Assembly (NCBI RefSeq): GCF_001194135.2
Contig: NC_068985.1
Location: 16,476,275 to 16,540,274, forward strand
DNA length: 64,000 nucleotides
Source: Octopus bimaculoides
Lineage: Eukaryota
Direction: 5' to 3'
In this document: piece after piece, positions 1 through 13,467 of the stretch
Position numbering within the stretch: position 1 is the first letter of the stretch
Layout: the number at the start of each line of letters is the position of its first letter
Translations under genes and position numbers: made by a program
Notes under the pieces: model-generated
Seen by the model: only the letters and a program-made list of their open reading frames with translations
Told to the model about the DNA's origin: nothing
The model's database searches: none

Positions 1-1250
1 TAAATAAACTTAGCATACTTCTGGAATAAGGTATATGCAGTCTTCTTTTTTTTCTCTTCCACGCTTATCTTACCTCAAGGTTACTTTGAGAATATTTCTG
101 AACATTTTCCAATTGAAAGGTATTAGTACACATGAAACGAGTAAAATAAAATCAAATGAACTATGATGGTTACAAACTTTCATACACTTTCATTTCAAAC
201 TTAAACAACTTAAATTTTTTTTTCACTATGTGCGTATACACAATTGCATATTAAGATATGTGCGCAAAGTTTTGAGCATACTCAGGTGCGTTTTATTAGG
301 TTAAGACAGACAGCGTGTCTTTATCTTATGCTGTACCTATTATCCAACCTAGAAAAGGGGGTAAACGGTGAGGCAAACAAGATAACTCATCTGCTCAGAA
401 TTGTCCAGCTAAGATGGATGGCATAAATGGTTCCAATAAGATTTAAAACTGTCGTTGAAAATTTGATCTAATTTCAGGGATTATAATATATATATAATTC
501 CAGAAGTTAGACAGTGTGTGTGGGGGGGGGTCTGTGTATATATGTGTGTGTGTGCGTGTTTATATATATATATATAGTCCGGTCACCTAGAGTACTCAAA
601 GATGAGTTTGAGAACCATAGGTCGAAACAATGTATATTGTCGAACTAACGATCATGGGTTAGATACTGTGTGTGTGTGTGTGTGCGTGTGCGTGCGTGCA
701 TGTGAGTGTGTGTGCGAGCGTGTGTGCAGTTAGAAAGAGCGATAAAGTAGTTCGGTATTTGTTGGTAGTGTGTTAAATTTGTCATTTAAATATTCATTTA
801 ATCACATGATATTCTTTTAGTCAAATACTTGATTTAATGCATTCTTCAAACCAGATTATTTACTAAGCTAATTAATGCGACCAAGTTAAAAATTTACTGA
901 GAAATACCTTGCTTCAGTTAAATTTCAGTTGGGTCGAAAGAGTGTTAAATAGAAAAAAATACATAAAATTCTTTCTAAATTTAATACGTGTTTTTCCATA
1001 AAGTTTCCGTACTGCAAACATGTAAAAAGAAGTTAATCAAAATTGTAAATAGGCACTTACCTAATTGTATCCATAGTGTCAGCAGAAATATAGAGACAGG
1101 GATAATCAGAAAAGACTTCATGTTGAAAGGACTACAAGTCAAACGAAAATAAACTCGTTTTAACGAAAAGAGATATTAGCGCTCCGAAGTATAAAAAAAA
1201 ATTATTAGTAACACTAACAAGTCTAAGAAAGGCTGAGAGGCGAGGAGGGA

Positions 1251-1325
1251 GTGAGAGAAAGAAAGAGAAAAATAAAGCGAGAGTGAGAGAAAGAAAGAGA
1301 AAAATAAAGCGAGAGTGAGAGAAAG
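1251..1325. repeat. Purine-rich tandem repeat, ~32-bp unit x2.3
   Basis: gtgagagaaagaaagagaaaaataaagcgaga is repeated directly. This explains the spurious low-complexity ORF 1176..1358. Confidence 0.8.
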
Positions 1326-3989
1326 TGGGGGGATAAAAATATAATTTACTAACGTCACAACTATATATATGAAGAGGTAGGGGGATACGGTTTGCCTTTT
1401 TGGAACAGATAACTAAAGAACTTGAGAGCTTGATGTTAGGCGTGTATAAGCTTAGTAGTCCAACCCGTGTTCAAAAGATCAAGCTTCGAGTAACTGTATG
1501 CAATAAGCTCGTTATTATTCTTATTATTAAAACGAACATAGCGAGATGATAGCTGCTTTTAGTATTTATACTTGTCCACTCCTATGCCAACAAGAAACGG
1601 TTCAATTTCTACAGACATTCGCACTAGTGTATACTTAACTGACTCCTATTTGTTGATTCTAAGTATTAAAAAAAAGGAATGGTTTGAAGAAAAATTATAA
1701 AACACTTTCGAGGGCAATTAATCTAGAAGTACCTAAAATAGCCACGATAGTATTGCATGTGTAGAGTATAATACATGCGCTGATAATATATAAAAAAATA
1801 GATTTTCAAAATTATAAAATGTCCCTTTGCAGGGTGCATCGACAAACATGTTTGAAACAATTTTAGTAATAGTAGTAGTAGTTATTGTTGTTACTTAAAC
1901 TTGAGATCAGCCCTCGTCCAACAGACCTTTTTATATAAAGATGTTCTGTCTGAATCTCTCATACTCATTTTTCATTTATTTTTATTTTTTCTGGAATTGT
2001 GTATTTGATTTATCTCTTTTAAAACAGTATGCTTTAACTGATATATGGCTGTTATTTCTAACGCCTGTGTTGAGGGTGAATTGAAGAATAATGCTAACAA
2101 AGCTAACCTTAAAGGCTATGAATGTCTAACAAATTTCAACTCCTAATCTTGTGATAAATTACATTACATACTCAAAAGTTGTAGACCTGAGAAATAATAA
2201 TTACGGAAGCTGATTATCAACACGTTACTTCTATGAGCATCGTATGCGTATTTAGCATGCAGACCGCTTTCTTGATGTGCTTTACTTTGGTTATATAGTT
2301 AATACAATCAGTCTCCTTGAAATCCCTCAACGTCTTTATATATAGAGGAATAGACAAATGGTAAGAATTTGTTAAATCCGAAACCTGGTTCCTGTTTAAT
2401 AATGATTTTTTTAGGTGATTTTAAATGTCTTGCCCGCTCACGTTTTTGGTATGCTGCTATATTTCATGTTGAGAACTTTTTAGGTCTTAATAGACACAAA
2501 ATGTGATCTATTTCTAGCGCATTAATTGTCCACGTTAGTGGTCGACGTTATTTTAAATATATATATATATATATATAGGGGGAAAGTAAGAAGAAAAATA
2601 AGCGAAAATGCACATGGTAAATCAAAAAAAGTAAAGGCTTTTTATGAAAAGTAACGATAGATATATACAATTAGATGAACTGAGGTAGGAATAAAAGTAA
2701 TAAAAGTCATTATTGTGAGTTGTTAAAGAGATTCAAAAGCATTTCGTAATATTATTAATCATTGCTTTGAATGCACACAATATATATATAAATATACAGT
2801 GACGAACTGGCCAGCTTGCCCGATGGGGAGCCCATGTTAGTATCTAAGGGGCCCACCTCCTCAAGTATGAGAAATTTTTATTCACTCCTGGAATACTATT
2901 TCAGCCTGGCTGTGTTATAGCATTGTAGTAGTCTTGATAGCTAGGTAGAATATACTTCGCTGAGAAGGTTCAATAAAACTGAAATATGCCTGTTGCGTTC
3001 ACCAGTTGGTATTAAAGACGAGATCCACTCCAATCTACATCATCTTTATTTTCCAAAAGTTTAAATAAGCTCATCTTATTAATATTATCTTCTCTTTTTT
3101 TTTTTTTTTTCAAGAGACTTCTAATTCTCGAGAGAATTTTTCCTTGCTAATTACGTAACTATTTCAGTTGATTGAAGTTTTTCAGTTCCCTATATTACAT
3201 GTATAAAAAAAAAACCTATCTTATTTGAGAAAACAGTCTACTCCGAAAGTACTCAATTGACACTAACGTTCAATATCTGCAACTCTTGGAGTCATTGTTC
3301 AGCTTTTTTACTTTGTTATTTTTTAAACACAGCTATTAGCAAATATTTTTGCTTTGCTCTGTTTGAGATTTTTTTACCATTTGAAACTACGCGGATTTTT
3401 TTTTTTTTTTAAGCACACCTGTCTATGCAAAGAAGTAGAAAGTTACTTCTTGTTTCATTTTCCCAATTTTGTCTTTTTTCATGCTTTTATCAACAGTGAA
3501 CCGAAAAAAAATGTTACTTTTTAGAACTTGATCTCGAAGCATATATAAAACGCAAAGCAATTGCATGTGAATATTGGGCAGACAAAACCCTTTTGGACAG
3601 AAAAAGTCGGCAGCTGCCCGTGGGACTCGAAGCCATATCTCCTATAGACATGACAGGCGTTTGCATTGCACCAATACAAACCTTCGAATGTCTTTATCTC
3701 GCTTGTAAGAATAAAATTTCTAAAATAGATAAATTCGAAGGATTGCTTTGGTCCAATGGTAAAACGCCTGTCATGTTTACAGAAAATGAGGATTCGAGTC
3801 CTACGGATAGCTCTCGACTTTTTCTACCCAAAAGGGTTTTTTAACTCAATATTTACATGCTATTGTTAATAGCTTTATGAGTGAGCTTCGAGTTATACTA
3901 TTCAAAAAAGGAATTACCTCACGTTCTCTCGAAAGTTTATTAATTCTCGTGGCATCAAAAAAGAAAAAACTACTTTGAAAATTTTTTTA

Positions 3990-4900
3990 AAACATATTTA
4001 ATGATAACAACAACTATGCACATCTCCAGACGAAAAAGAACGAATGAGAAAACCTCCAATAAGCAAACTTTAGATATGAATTCCAAAGCAGAGAGAAATA
4101 TACTTTGCCGAGCTATGTTGCAAAAGAAGATACACCCTACCTCAGTCCCTTATCAAAGGACGAAGGAATAAAAACATTACGTAGTTTCTGTACGTCAAAA
4201 GCCAAGGAGCCTTTTTATGTCCTTGAAAATGCAATTGCAGATGTACCGGTGTACGGTACAATATATTTTTCATCGGCCGGAATACAGTCCATGGAATTGT
4301 ATGAACAATATTCATAGAGGACAAGGCGAAAAAGGCAAGCCGTACTGATGCGTGACACATCTGCCTAGAGAAGAGGCTCGTATTCTAGTACTTGGGGCAG
4401 CGTAACAAATGGATCACCGTAAAGATTATTGGCGATGACGTTCATCCTTGACTTGTCGTCACTTTTGAGGCACAGTACGGGCAAGTGGAGAGTACCGAGG
4501 TAAGCGAGGAAGGATGAATGGTCAGGTGGGATCTGCATCGACATGCATGTCTAATATCACAGAACCATCCCCGATTTGTGCTCCGTCGTGAATGCAGACA
4601 GAAAAGTGATGAAACTGATTATGCAAGGCAGAAACGGATGATACAGTGTTGCTATGCGTGTGGAAGAAAGGACTATACGAGGATTATTTGCCTGGGGGAA
4701 GTCGAAATACAGATGAAGAAAAAATAGAGACCGCAATAACAACAGGTCGCATGAGTTGCTGTCACAAAGCATCAGCGGTTGCAGCTCTGGAAATGGTGCA
4801 AGAGATCGCCTAGTAATCACTCTTAAGAGCCGATGAACTGGAAGCCGTTCATGATGCCAGCGGCCAGGGAGTCGAGGACTAAGAAATCAAAACCTTCCAT
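3990..4900 (+). mobile_element. Possible degenerate gag-like/LINE ORF1 remnant
   Basis: GC/CpG-richer stretch of broken ORFs, including a decayed zinc-knuckle-like CYACGRKDYTRIIC (4518..4727). No RT motif seen next to it. Confidence 0.3.
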
Positions 4901-5473
4901 CCGATCATTTTTTGACAATAGGGATGAACTAAACTGAAGACAGGTGACCAGTTGTCAAGGATGTCCGGAAAAAAAAACACTGACGAAAAAAATCAAGAAG
5001 ACCAATAAGGTGTGCACGATGTAAGAAAAGGAATAATTCAACTTGACAATAACTTGAAAGGAAAACACCGACCTATGTAATTTAGTGTTAAACCTTGAGA
5101 AAACAATTTAGTTAATATGTTTATTGGACACGAGATAGGTGACCAATACCACGAGAAGACAGCCTTTTAGTAAAGACCACATCGATGGTCTCCCTGCGTT
5201 TGAGCGAACATACCCCAGAAGGTGTAAGTTCCTTCACAGTACGGCTTACCCAAAGAACGCTCAGTAATACTTTTGGATGTGCCACAAGGGGTGAAAGAAG
5301 GTCAGAGCAGCGGGTGCTCTGACCATACAGGAGTGGCAGCTTTTCACCCATGTAGGGATGGGCTGCTGTTTTCTTGTTACTTTGAATCGTCCTTTCTTTA
5401 ATTATATCAATGTTTTATATAATCATCTAATTATTATGTCATTATTTGTGTAATTAATAATTTTTACATGACG

Positions 5474-5474
<1 letters not shown>

Positions 5475-5520
<46 letters not shown>
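5475..5520. repeat. (TA)n microsatellite
   Basis: Perfect TA run. Confidence 0.95.
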
Positions 5521-5524
<4 letters not shown>

Positions 5525-5663
5525 GCAATGTCTTTGACTCACCCTCGTTGATATAACATCTTGCACGTACCAACACATTTTAAGTATCCACTTTGTAAAG
5601 TGTCTTTTATGCGTAAGAATGACCCCCGAGAGCAAAATATAAACTATTATCATAATTATTATT

Positions 5664-7160
5664 CATGGTGTGCATGAATACCTTACATTCGGAATCAATG
5701 TCCTTGATGCCGGGTCACAACCACTTTCTTTAGATTTCGTGAACCCTTCTTACAATCTTTGCTATTTCAAAAAGAGCACATTTCCAAATCAACGCAATTC
5801 TTGTAGTTATACCAATCTCAATAAGGCAGTTGTTAAGTCTATTGCTGACGGTGCCCAAGGGCACCTACAGCAACTGATGATTACTTTTGTAGAAACCCTC
5901 CACAGTCGTCATATTTCCTTAGCCAAATTCTGGTCTTTTTCTATTTTTCTTGTTCTTTGATGATAGATTCATGTCTGTAGATGTAGGCATATTTATGATG
6001 GTGCATTCTTTTTTCCCTTGCCATGAACCATAATATCTGGTCCTCTGGCATTTATTTCGCGATCACACTGTGCATTAATACCCAACAAAGGACTACAGAG
6101 ACTTATTATGTGCATGACAAATTACTGTTTCTCGTTACATACTCTGCACTTCGCACTTTCCGCAGATTTGTCTATTATGGCCTTAATGATATTCGTCCAC
6201 AACGACTGGCTTTGAGCAGCCATTATGAATCTGTATGTTTCTTACGGCTCCCTTCTTCAGCCATAACCTGCGTTTGTCTAGCATGCTGGCCGTGTAGTTC
6301 TTTTCCCCAGATGTTTCTTTCTCTCTCCTGCTTTCTTTTCTTGTATTCCGTTGCTGTCTCCGCGGCTTCTGCCTCCTCTCCTCTCACAGCTGAAATCGGT
6401 CTTTTTTGATTGCTTCGAACATACTCTTGTATGTTTTGCTTTGCCATCTCTACACAGTTTTCTATTGATATCAGACCTCTCCTACCTACTTCTGGCATAA
6501 TTTATCGACCCTGCCTATGAGTTATAACGACCTATACATGGACTGTGTCTTCCTGGTTTTACAATCTATATTTCTTAATTCTTCTTTAGTCCAGTTCAGG
6601 AAATTATCAGAATATCTTATTAGAGAGACCACCCATGTGTTTACTGCAGAGATGTTTTTCTTTCCATTTAGTTTTGAGCTTAGCACTTTTTTTACTATCC
6701 TGAGATATTCGGTTATCACTTCTTTCATTTCTTGGCAGAGAGTGTTATCTGCCTCCAATACACCTAAATACTTGTAACGGTCACCCTCATTCCCTTTAAT
6801 CCCTTCTGACTTGGAATATATTTTCCCCTCTCTTTATCGCTAGCATCGCACATTTATCTATTCCAAACTCCATACCAATATCACCATTCACAGCTCGAAC
6901 AGTCTGTACCAGTGAATCTAAAGCTTTCTCACTTTTGGCAAATAATTTCAGGTCGTCCATAAACAAGAGGTGGTTTATTTTCTCCTCACTGCTAAATTCG
7001 TAGCATGGTTTAACCTTGCTCAGGGTCAATGTAAGAAGGATAGGGCAAACACGAATAGCAGTGGTGAGAGTTTATCACCTTCGAATATTCCCCTACTTAA
7101 GTTGACTCCACCGAGCTTATCTTGGCCTGATGTTAGTACAGCTCTCCATTTTGGCACACT
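5664..7160 (-). mobile_element. 5'-truncated, decayed R4/Dong-clade non-LTR retrotransposon (RT + zinc knuckle + restriction-like endonuclease)
   Basis: Minus-strand fragments in order: RGIFEGDKLSPLLF; KINHLLFMDDLKLFAKSE; GMEFGIDKCA; AVNTWVVSLIRYS..WTKEEL; GRRGLISIE; AAQSQSLWTN..KCRVC..HIISLC; RPDIMV; VAVGALGTV; C-terminal KCALFEIAKIVRRVHEI*. Both ends abut TAA/TGA-type repeats. Confidence 0.9.
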
Positions 7161-7164
7161 ATCA

Positions 7165-7207
<43 letters not shown>

Positions 7208-7217
7208 CATCATTATC
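7161..7217. repeat. (TTA/TCA)n microsatellite
   Basis: atcatcattattatta...tcatcatca tract at the LINE 5' junction. Confidence 0.9.
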
Positions 7218-7682
7218 ATCATCATCATCATCATCATTAAGGCAGCGAGCTGGCAGAATCGTTAACATGCCGGGCGAAATGCTTAGCAGGATTTCGTTTG
7301 TCTTTACGTTCTGAGTTCAAATTTCGCCGAGGTCGACTTTGTCTTTCGTCCTTTTGGGGTCGATAAATTAAGTACCAGTTGTGTAGTGGGGTCGATCTAA
7401 TCGACTAGCTCGCTCCCCAAAAATTTCAGGCCTTGTACCTATGGTGGAAAGGATTATTATTATCATTAAGGTGACGAGCTGGCAGAATCGTTAGCACGCC
7501 GGGCGAAATGCTTAGCGGTATTTCGTCCGTCTTTACGTTCTGAGTTCAAATTCCGCCGAGGTCGACTTTGCCTTTCATCCTTCCGAAGTCGATGAAATAA
7601 GTGCCAGTTGAACATTGGGGTTGATGTAATCGACTAGTCCTTTTCCCCAAAACTGCTGCCCTTGTGGCAAAATTTGAAACCA
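7217..7682 (+). mobile_element. Two tandem copies of tRNA-derived SINE family B (aaggcggcgagctggcagaatcg head)
   Basis: Copies at ~7217-7450 and ~7467-7682 have A-box-like TGGCAGAATCG, B-box-like GAGTTCAAATTCC and the conserved core gaggtcgactttgcctttcatcc..gtcgataaa..agtacc. The same family recurs many times in the window. Confidence 0.85.
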
Positions 7683-7799
7683 TTGTTATTATTACTATCA
7701 TTTTCTCGTTTTAATTTCTTCGTCTTAGTTATTTCTTACTGTTTGTTTGTTTGTTTGCTTATTACTGTCAGACAATTCTTTTGAAAGTTTTGCAAACAT

Positions 7800-8410
7800 G
7801 GCGCAGGCGTGGTTGTGTTGTAAGAAGCTGCCTTCCCAACCACATGGTTCCGGGTTCAGTCCCACTGCGTAGAACCTTGGGCAAGTGTCCTTTACTAAAG
7901 CCTCGGGCCGACCAAAGCCTTGTGAGTAGATTTGGTAGACGGAAAGCGAAAGAAGCCGGTCGTATACACACATATATAAGTATTTGTGTGTCTGTGTTTG
8001 TCCTCCCACCATCGCTTGACAACCGATATCGGTGTGTTTATGTCTCCGTGACCTAGCGGTTCGGCAAAATAGTCCAATAGAATAAGTACTAGGCTCACAA
8101 ACAAGAAGTCGACCAAAGCCTTGTGAGTGAATTTGGTAGGCGGAAACTGAAAGAAACTCGTTGTGTGTGTGTGCGTGTGTGTGTGTGTGTGCGTGCGTGC
8201 GTGTGTGTGTGTATTTGTATTCGTCCCTCACCACCGCTTGACAACCGGTGTTGATGTGTTTACGTCCCCGTAAATTAGCGGTTCGGCAAAAGAAACCAAT
8301 AGAATAAGAGGCTTTTAAAAAAATAAGTACTGGGATTGATTCATTCGACCAAAAGTTCTTCCAGGTGGTACCCTAGCATGGCTGCAGTCTAATGACTGAA
8401 ACAAGTAACA
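7800..8410 (+). mobile_element. tRNA-derived SINE family A (full copy plus partial second copy)
   Basis: Head ggcgcaggcgtgg..gtaagaagc..GGTTCAGTCCC, CORE-like ccttgggcaagtgtc, internal TG tract, tail gcggttcggcaaaa..agtact. Homologous to 26365-26745, 42068-42437 and 49645-50040. Confidence 0.85.
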
Positions 8411-8939
8411 TATTTTAAAAAGGTGGTTGTAGGAGGAAACTGCCACAAAGATATAGCAACCTCCTTGGTCAAGGATGAGACGATACGTCGAATGAGGTCT
8501 GCTACGTCGAGTGACGGAAGGGACATGGTACTAAATGCGCTGTTTTTATGAAACTGGGGACAGTGCAAATCCCACAGTATCTTGTATTATCATATAGATA
8601 AATACACGCTCATACAAACACAAAGTTTATCACACGACAGGAAAAGGAAACACGACAGAACTATGAANNNNNNNNNNNNNNNNNNNNNNNNNNNNNNNNN
8701 NNNNNNNNNNNNNNNNNNNNNNNNNNNNNNNNNNNNNNNNNNNNNNNNNNNNNNNNNNNNNNNNNNNNNNNNNNNNNNNNNNNNNNNNNNNNNNNNNNNN
8801 NNNNNNNNNNNNNNNNNNNNNNNNNNNNNNNNNNNNNNNNNNNNNNNNNNNNNNNNNNNNNNNNNNNNNNNNCAAACACAAAGTTTATCACACGACAGGA
8901 AAAGGAAACACGACAGAACTATGAATCCATGCACACTAA

Positions 8940-9330
8940 AATTACATTTTAAACGTATTATGCTTGCATCATTTTATTTCCCAGCTTTCACGCATTGTCT
9001 GCAGCAAATAGCCACGTCATGCAACCTCAATGTGTCCCGGAGACAATCGCAGCAGAACTAATAGCGCTCTGAACTTTTCCACTTGTTCTTTCTCTTGCTA
9101 TTGTTTTCGGTGGGACCTTCAAAGCTAATTAAATCATTTAGACATCAGAAGTTATCAACTACTTTCTGAAGAAACTTCCACACGTTCGGAAAATTTTCTC
9201 CATGAATTTGAGAAAGTCTGTTTCACGAGTTCTTACAGTTTGCTGCTTCTAGTCTTCTTGTACACGTACAGTTGTAGAAACTGCTGTGATTTTCCAGTTT
9301 AAATACGAGATTACCCGTTGTAAACGGTGA
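8940..9330 (-). mobile_element. Possible Tc1/mariner transposase N-terminal remnant
   Basis: Minus-strand decayed translation around LALKVPPKTIARE resembles the HTH region of Tc1-like transposases. Many stops. Confidence 0.25.
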
Positions 9331-10016
9331 GTATGTAGGTCACCGAAGTAAACGTTGTTGAATAAGGTGTCACCAATATAAACGACTGTGAATGTGGAAT
9401 GAAGTTGTCAATGTGAACAGATATATCGATAAATTGAAGAAAAATAATAAAAAGTTGTATTTCGTTATACATAAAAATGTTTATTTGCAAACGTTTATAA
9501 AATTTCATAATTAAGTCAAGTGACCCAAATCTGTATACGCATTTAACGGCATATATAAAAATGCTTGATTGTTAAAAGCATTTGTAAGCTTCTGTGACTG
9601 CATTGAAATAGCTAGTGAAAAAATATTTGTGCGTGTGACAAATTGCGGGCCTGTTGTTGTAGTAGTAGTAGTAGTAGTAGTTGCAGCAGCAGTAGTTGCT
9701 GTTTTGGTGGTGCTTAAGTGAGACGATGGTTGGTATTCTCGCATTGTAAAGGTGATGGTGGTAAGGAATTTAGCCCCCTAAACTGTGGTCTTCTCTGTTG
9801 CTGTATCAGGTGAGAAGTAGGACGCAGCTGCCTAGACAAACCTTTTCCTGCCTTGATTTTAAGTGGTCGAATTATGAGACAGAGGTCGTGAAAGGTCGAG
9901 CTGAAGTTTTTCAACTATTTGGAAGGCACACACAAAATAATCAATCTTTGCTCCCAGCGTAGATTAATGTAATTAAAACAAACATCAACGGCGAAACCAA
10001 CCAAGGTCTACTAAAC

Positions 10017-10281
10017 CAGGGGTTTTCAAACTTTTTGACTTGCGGACCCCTTTATATTTCAGACTTTACCTTAGGGACCCCCTTATAAACGCTTATGAAA
10101 TTTATACATAAATATTTGCTTAAAATAACATTTTTACATTCATTTATTTAACAAATAGGTTTATTGTCAATTAAAAGATTTCGATTAAAAAACATATATA
10201 AAATCAAATTGCCCATAAAAAGTATTTGCTGTCCACGGACCCCCTGTCTTGTCCTTGCGGACCACAGTTTGAAAACCCCTA
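10017..10281. mobile_element. hAT (Charlie-like) MITE
   Basis: TIRs caggggttttcaaact / agtttgaaaaccccta, with a perfect 8-bp TSD tactaaac at 10009-10016 and 10282-10289. Confidence 0.92.
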
Positions 10282-10589
10282 TACTAAACGATTTGAAGCA
10301 TTAGTATATCATATCTTGGCTAGGTTTCTTGATATTTAAGTCTTTTTATTTAAATCTGCCGATAATTCCATTATACCTTTTATGCGTCCGTATTTTACTT
10401 TGGATATCCTGTATGAAATTCTGGTCAGCTTCTCCTCTGTATGTTGAGCAAAGTTACTTCTCTGGTGGCAGTAGAGTTCAGACTTTTTTCTTGTTGATCA
10501 AAACTTTTGTTGTTGCTAAATTTACTTTGAGATCTTTCGATTCTAAGTTATGTTCATACATTTAGAATTTTTCTTTCAATAGTCAAAGA

Positions 10590-11420
10590 TTTAGATATGA
10601 AAACTAAGTAAGTCATCATTACACGTAAGTTCCCAGGTACACTTTGTCTCAAACTCCACCGATATTGGAAACCTAGACAGACACCTATCTTTACGCTAAA
10701 TTCCACGCTGAAAGAATTACTAGTTCTGACTTTGTTGGTGACATCTCAAAACATGGCTTGGGCGGTTCTCACAAACCATTCAATACACCCATTTTTTCTT
10801 GGCATGGTACCTGTCAAAGACCTAGAAACAGAACTACCATAGTATTTTTTGCTTTTTTTCCATGGAAATTAAGATCTGATTTTAATAGTTCAAGTTGTTT
10901 TACTAGGATGAGAATATCGGTATTCTAACCTGGTACAAACCGGCACTGCATCTCATCTAAGCAAATTCTCTTCGTAATTATTTGCGCTATAATTCTTTCT
11001 GTTACTTTCTTTAATTAATTCACCAATTTGATTCTCCTATAGTTGCTACCTTCTAAAATATATCCTTTGCTCTTGTAACAGGTGATGATAATACTGCTAT
11101 GCCAGTCATTTGATATGGAACTTCTCTATGCTACCTGGTTGACTATGTGAGTGTCCTGCATCACCAGATATTGTCATTATTTCAGTAACTATCCCTGATG
11201 TTCTGGCTATTTCCCTGTATACACATACTTAAGTATCGATCGTATAGCTGGGCCCTTACGTTAGTTCTGTTTGAAGAAGACCTTTTCACTCCCATATATT
11301 CTCCATATCTAGAACCCTCTCGTAGTAACATTTCCATGCCTCTTTTTTTCTCAGCGTCAATACTGACTATTGCAACGTTATCACTCCGTATACACATTCC
11401 TGAGCGACATTTTGAATTGA
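10590..11420 (-). mobile_element. Decayed L1/Tx1-like LINE reverse-transcriptase remnant
   Basis: Minus-strand VAIVSIDAEK (L1-type IDAEKAFD motif), followed by QLYD, and later TKSEL..KVYLG. Frameshifts and stops throughout. Confidence 0.6.
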
Positions 11421-11679
11421 ACTAACACACCGTCTTGTAATCCATATATATATATATATATATATGCGTATATATTTATAAACGCACGAATAATAAATGT
11501 TTGAGCAGTGTTCCACTTTTTCTTCAATGTCAAGTAAACCAATAATAAATGCAAGTTACTTGAGAAATGTATAAAAAAAAGAAAAACAGAAAGTTATCTC
11601 CCTTACATCTATGAGTCAGTGTGTGCTTCTGGAACTAAATATCAGAGCCACTACGTCAGACCTGGCCAACTCGAATTAC

Positions 11680-12190
11680 ATTCGTTTTTCATGCTGGCAT
11701 GGGTTGGACAGTTTGACCACAACTGACAAGCAGGAGAGCTGCACCAGGTTCCAATCTGGTTTGGCATAGTTTCTACAGTGGGATATGCCAACCACTTTAG
11801 AGTGTGCTGAGTGATTTTAACGTGGTAATAACACAGGTACTTCTTTACATGGTGCCAGCATGGGTGCTTTTTATGTGACACCAGCACAGGACTTTAGTGG
11901 GTCGATCCTCTTCATCAAGGGGGATGGCATTAACACTTCTGCTGTGGAGGATGGGTCTTCTTGAGTACAGCAAGGTGCCAGATATCTCAATCCGTTGTCA
12001 TCTTCCCCCATAAAATTCAGTGTCTTGAGATTGTCCTTCAGTTCTCCATCACATATCTTCCTGGGTCTCCCTCTTCCATGAGTTCCATCTAATTTCAGTG
12101 ATCAGCACTTCTTTATAGGAAGGTCTACATCCATCTGCATCACATAACCAAACCAGTGGTCTTCTCTCTTGCACACTGCATAAAAGCAGC
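11680..12190 (-). mobile_element. RTE-LINE 3' end / RTE-tail repeat (family C)
   Basis: catgctggcatgggttggac..ggcatagtttctacagtggg.. is shared with 13468-14000, 29675-30200, 32003-32290 and the RTE ORF remnant at 48170-49080. Confidence 0.8.
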
Positions 12191-12784
12191 AAAGTGTGAT
12201 GTGAAGGAGGTTGGTTACTATTTGTAGCAAATCAAGCCACCACATAGATCACTAATGGTAGAGTGCACTGGAGAGGTGTGAATCCAAGTTCTGAGTTGTA
12301 ACCCAATAACTCCTCATTATAATACGATATTTAATAATTAGTCTGTTCACTGGTTAACCGGTTCAGTTCACAATCATGATTCCATTCTTGTGCATTCTGC
12401 TGTAGTCTCAGGTTGACAAATGGCTGAAATTTGGTTGATGGAAACTGTACAGAAGTTTTTTTTTTATGTGTGTGTGAATATATGTATGTATGTATGTACG
12501 CACACACACACACACACAAACACTAGTATACTCATGCTGTCACATTTTAAAAGCAATAAGTTGAAACTGGTATTTAATAAATACATCAGTGCATAACATA
12601 CAGTCCATGTATTTGTTATAAACTTGTTACATCAGATATTGCCAGATTAGGTTCTGATCAAATTTCATGTACCAAAACATGGTATATTTTATCAATAATC
12701 AATGTAACATGCATTCCACACACAGTACAATGGACTTCTGCATAGTTTCAGCCTGCCAAATTCACTGGTTGGTCTAGTGAATGG

Positions 12785-12823
<39 letters not shown>

Positions 12824-13303
12824 CAAGAACATAGAGGCTCAATCAACAACATAGAAATTAAAATCTTATCTACACATATCAGTGATGCAGCACTTAGACA
12901 AATTACTGAAGCTACACACATAATAGAAGAGAAACCTAGCCTGAATAGGAAACTAGAATGGAACACTAACACACACCACTAACAAACCACAACATGTGAC
13001 AACATGTTACCCATAAACCAATAATAATATGAACAAAGTATAATACAATACATAGATAAACAAATGGAATTAAATACTACATACGTTNNNNNNNNNNNNN
13101 NNNNNNNNNNNNNNNNNNNNNNNNNNNNNNNNNNNNNNNNNNNNNNNNNNNNNNATACAGACACTCCCCATACACACATGCACTTACAAAAGACACAGAC
13201 ACATTGAAAGACACGCATGCGTAGACACATACAATAGGAATACAAAATACAAAATGGCTGATATTTAGCAAGGTGAGACACACATAAGAAGGAAGGAAAC
13301 AAA

Positions 13304-13348
13304 GGACCACTGATGAGGTCACAGAAGTGTGACGAAAGAACTCTGGCC
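13304..13348 (+). ncRNA. Minimal type I hammerhead ribozyme fold (Penelope-type, palindromic short stem III)
   Basis: gg(a)cca-CTGATGA(13310-16)-G-GTCACA/gaag/TGTGAC-GAAA(13334-37)-GAAC-T-C(13343, predicted cleavage)-tggcc. All core nucleotides are present and stem II is a perfect 6 bp. Confidence 0.7.
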
Positions 13349-13467
13349 GAAATAAGATTAAGATTAATGTAATATAAAGCTGAAGCAAATTAACACCAAA
13401 TATACAGTGCGTGTGTTTTTATTGGCTAAACTGGCAATATGACCATCCCCAAGTACAACAATATATA

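Noticed and set aside
590-660. gatgag..gtcgaaacaatgt resembling a Penelope terminus
   Set aside because: The CUGA core is absent and no stems are supported.
7725-8234. 100-170-aa ORFs over SINEs (also 41934..42446, 48302..48802, 29741..30105, 49165..49512)
   Set aside because: They lie wholly in SINE or RTE-tail repeats or are antisense to LINE ORFs, with no protein motifs.
8628-8926. Identical ~53-bp sequence on both sides of an N gap
   Set aside because: Most likely an overlap/assembly artefact or an unresolved tandem; the same pattern occurs at the 23618-23627 gap. Cannot be interpreted.
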